Assembly (NCBI GenBank): GCA_964631685.1
Contig: CAZVZU010000006.1
Span: 32,001-96,000, forward strand
Direction of reading: 5' to 3'
DNA: 64,000 bases
DNA from: an uncultured Actinomycetes bacterium
GTDB taxonomy: Bacteria; SZUA-79; Acidulodesulfobacterales; Acidulodesulfobacteraceae
Below the pieces are notes generated by a model, which made no database searches, had not been told where the DNA came from, and saw only the letters and a program-made list of their open reading frames with translations. Of the stretch, positions 61,776 through 64,000 are shown piece after piece (positions within the stretch are counted from its first letter, which is position 1; each line of letters begins with the position of its first letter). A program made the position numbers and the translations under genes.

Positions 61776-63006
61776 GCCTTACGCCCTCTGCGGGATCTAT
61801 TTTACTCGCTTTATAAGACGGATATAACGTTGCTATAAAACTTAAAAAAAGAGCGCTCACACCTATCACGACAAACTCGCCCGGGGTCATCCTTACGGGA
61901 AGCGACGTTATATAATACACGGAAGGTGGCAAGCTTATTATATGGTAAGTTTTTTCAAGATATCCTATTAAGAATCCAGCTAGAAGCCCTAGTGATGTTC
62001 CTATAACGCCTATTATTATGCCCTGCATTATAAAAATAATCATTATATCTTTTGAACTCGCTCCTATAGATTTTAATATCGCAATATCTTTTCTTTTTTC
62101 CATGACGATCATTATTAGTGTTGAAATAATATTGAATGCTGCCACCAATACTATCAAGGAAAGAATAATGAACATAGTGAGTTTTTCTAGCCGTATGGCA
62201 GAAAAAAGATTTTTGTTAAGCTCTTCCCAGCTTAATGCATAAAAAGATGCCTGCCCCTTTTTATTTAAGATCTTATCTATTTTCTTCGCGTATAAACTCG
62301 CCGAACTTATCTTATTGAGCCTGACCTCTATCCCTGTAGCCACATTAGGGGTTAAACCAAGGAATGACTGCGCTTTTTTTATTGAAATAAAAGAGAATGT
62401 GGAGTCATAGTTATACATCCCGCTGTCTATGATTCCGGAAACAACAAATGTTTCAACCTTAGGCATAACACCAAACGGGGTAATTTGTCCTTCCGGAGAC
62501 ATTATGCGTATCCTATCCCCCACTGATACGCCAAGATTTTGCGCTAAAACCTTTCCAAGTGCTATGCCATTATATTTTTCGTTATTGAGTCCGCTTAAAT
62601 TTCCCTTAATTAAATATTTTTTTAAATCAGTCACCTTTTCTTCGGTTTTAACGTCTATGCCTCTTAAAACACTGCCCGTCGAAGTATTCGCGGAAGAAAG
62701 CATAACATCTGTATAGATAAAGGGCGAAGTGCTCTTAACCCCCTTTATAGCCGAAATATCCTTAGTCACGCGATTATAATCTTTGATAGAACCGCCGTAG
62801 TTTAAGACAATAATTTGAGATTCTATTCCGATAACCTTCGCTTCAAGGGCATGGTCAAATCCGCTCATTACCGATATAACAACAATTAAGGCCATTACAC
62901 CTATAGCTATGCCCAATATAGATATAGAGCTAAGTAGGGATATAAACGAATTGTTTTTCGGTTTCAAGTAATGAATAGCAATATTTGTGTGAAAATTCAT
63001 ATGCAC
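61768..63006 (-). CDS. lolE: Lipoprotein-releasing ABC permease (single LolC/E-type)
   Basis: GIAIGVMALIVVISVMSGF, VAAFNIISTLIM.V.EK..DIAILK, ATLYPS..A. Confidence 0.9.
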   Translation of the reverse strand: MHMNFHTNIAIHYLKPKNNSFISLLSSISILGIAIGVMALIVVISVMSGFDHALEAKVIGIESQIIVLNYGGSIKDYNRVTKDISAIKGVKSTSPFIYTDVMLSSANTSTGSVLRGIDVKTEEKVTDLKKYLIKGNLSGLNNEKYNGIALGKVLAQNLGVSVGDRIRIMSPEGQITPFGVMPKVETFVVSGIIDSGMYNYDSTFSFISIKKAQSFLGLTPNVATGIEVRLNKISSASLYAKKIDKILNKKGQASFYALSWEELNKNLFSAIRLEKLTMFIILSLIVLVAAFNIISTLIMIVMEKRKDIAILKSIGASSKDIMIIFIMQGIIIGVIGTSLGLLAGFLIGYLEKTYHIISLPPSVYYITSLPVRMTPGEFVVIGVSALFLSFIATLYPSYKASKIDPAEGVRHE

Positions 63007-63010
63007 ATTT

Positions 63011-64000
63011 TTATTTGTTCACTGGTTTAAGCAACGGAAACAGTATAACGTCCCTAATGGAATATGAATTTGTTAGTAGCATAACAATTCTATCTATACC
63101 TAAGCCGCATCCGGCGGTGGGTGGGAGCCCTTGCTTAAGGGCATCAATGTAATCGTCATCCATTTCAGCGGGAAGTCCTTCTTTAATCTTTGTATCCACC
63201 TGCGCCCTAAACCTTTCCTCTTGGTCAAATGGATCGTTGAGCTCAGAAAAAGCATTCCCTATTTCTCTTCCTGCTATAAAAAGCTCAAACCTATCCGTAA
63301 CTGTTGGATTTTCGTCATTCCTCCTAGCTAAGGGTGAACTTTCAACCGGATAATCCGTAACAAAAGTCGGATGTATGAGCTTTTGTTCCACCGTTTCGTC
63401 AAACAGGAGGGTTAATAACTCCCCATAGCTATCATCTTTGCTGATATTAGAAACATTTTTCCCAATTAAAATATCGTAAATTTTCGAGACGGAGTCTATA
63501 TCTTTAGGGTTAAATCCTGCAATTTCATACAAGCTGTCTTTTAATTTGATTCTTTTAAACGGGGGATTAAAGTCTAATTTTTCTGAGGCATAATCAATCT
63601 GGGAAGACCCGCAAATATAAACTACTAACTCCGAAAGCATTTTCTCTACAAAACTCATCAAATCTTCATACGTTGCATACGCCATATAAAATTCCAACAT
63701 TGTAAACTCAGGATTATGCTTTACAGAAACACCCTCGTTTCTAAAATTTCTTCCAATTTCATAAACCCTATCAAAACCACCGACAACCAATCTTTTTAAA
63801 TATAGTTCAGGGGCAATCCGCATGTAAAGCTCCATATTAAGAGCATTATGATGAGTCTTGAAAGGCCTTGCCGTTGCGCCACCCGGGTTGGCCTGCATTA
63901 CCGGAGTTTCCACCTCTAAAAATTTGTTGGAATTCAGAAATGTTCTTATGAAACTGATTGCATTGGCTCTTTTTTTAAATATTTCTCGCGCCTCGCTATT
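63011..64000 (-). CDS. lysS: Lysyl-tRNA synthetase class II (partial, 5' end beyond the window)
   Basis: GGATARPF, RIAPELYLKRL, FRNEG, HNPEFT, ELNDP, GLGIDR, IRDVILFP. Confidence 0.98.
   Translation of the reverse strand, partial: NSEAREIFKKRANAISFIRTFLNSNKFLEVETPVMQANPGGATARPFKTHHNALNMELYMRIAPELYLKRLVVGGFDRVYEIGRNFRNEGVSVKHNPEFTMLEFYMAYATYEDLMSFVEKMLSELVVYICGSSQIDYASEKLDFNPPFKRIKLKDSLYEIAGFNPKDIDSVSKIYDILIGKNVSNISKDDSYGELLTLLFDETVEQKLIHPTFVTDYPVESSPLARRNDENPTVTDRFELFIAGREIGNAFSELNDPFDQEERFRAQVDTKIKEGLPAEMDDDYIDALKQGLPPTAGCGLGIDRIVMLLTNSYSIRDVILFPLLKPVNK

Overview
AT-rich bacterial chromosome segment made mostly of core genes, with deltaproteobacterial gene order (ispE-spoVG-tRNA-Gln-prs-rplY-pth; lysS-lolCDE-bamA-skp-lpxD-fabZ-lpxA-lpxI-lpxB-msbA-waaA). 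Very Lys-rich exported proteins suggest an acidophile such as Ca. Acidulodesulfobacterium (inference, not verified). Contents from left to right: a partial DUF3857/transglutaminase-like gene, a TIGR02757 protein, flavodiiron fprA, hemW and tRNA-Ser. These are followed by a small DpnII-type restriction-modification pair, a pilGHI/xap-like ABC module, ychF-pth-rplY-prs, and a complex I operon in which nuoEF are replaced by an SfrB/GltD-like flavoprotein. Next come pepA, acs, a heme-c MCP with a Cys-rich HAMP insertion, a PAS kinase with a sigma54 activator, the rplU-rpmA-obgE-proBA-nadD-rsfS-lapB-gpmI-rluD-coaE-GGDEF-rho run, and the envelope biogenesis cluster. Most notable observations: the probably NADPH-fed complex I, a BamA lacking the VRGF lid-lock charge network, rsfS with no canonical start codon, a structured rplU leader RNA, and a degenerate GGDEF gene just before rho. 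No CRISPR array, integrase or intact transposase was seen.
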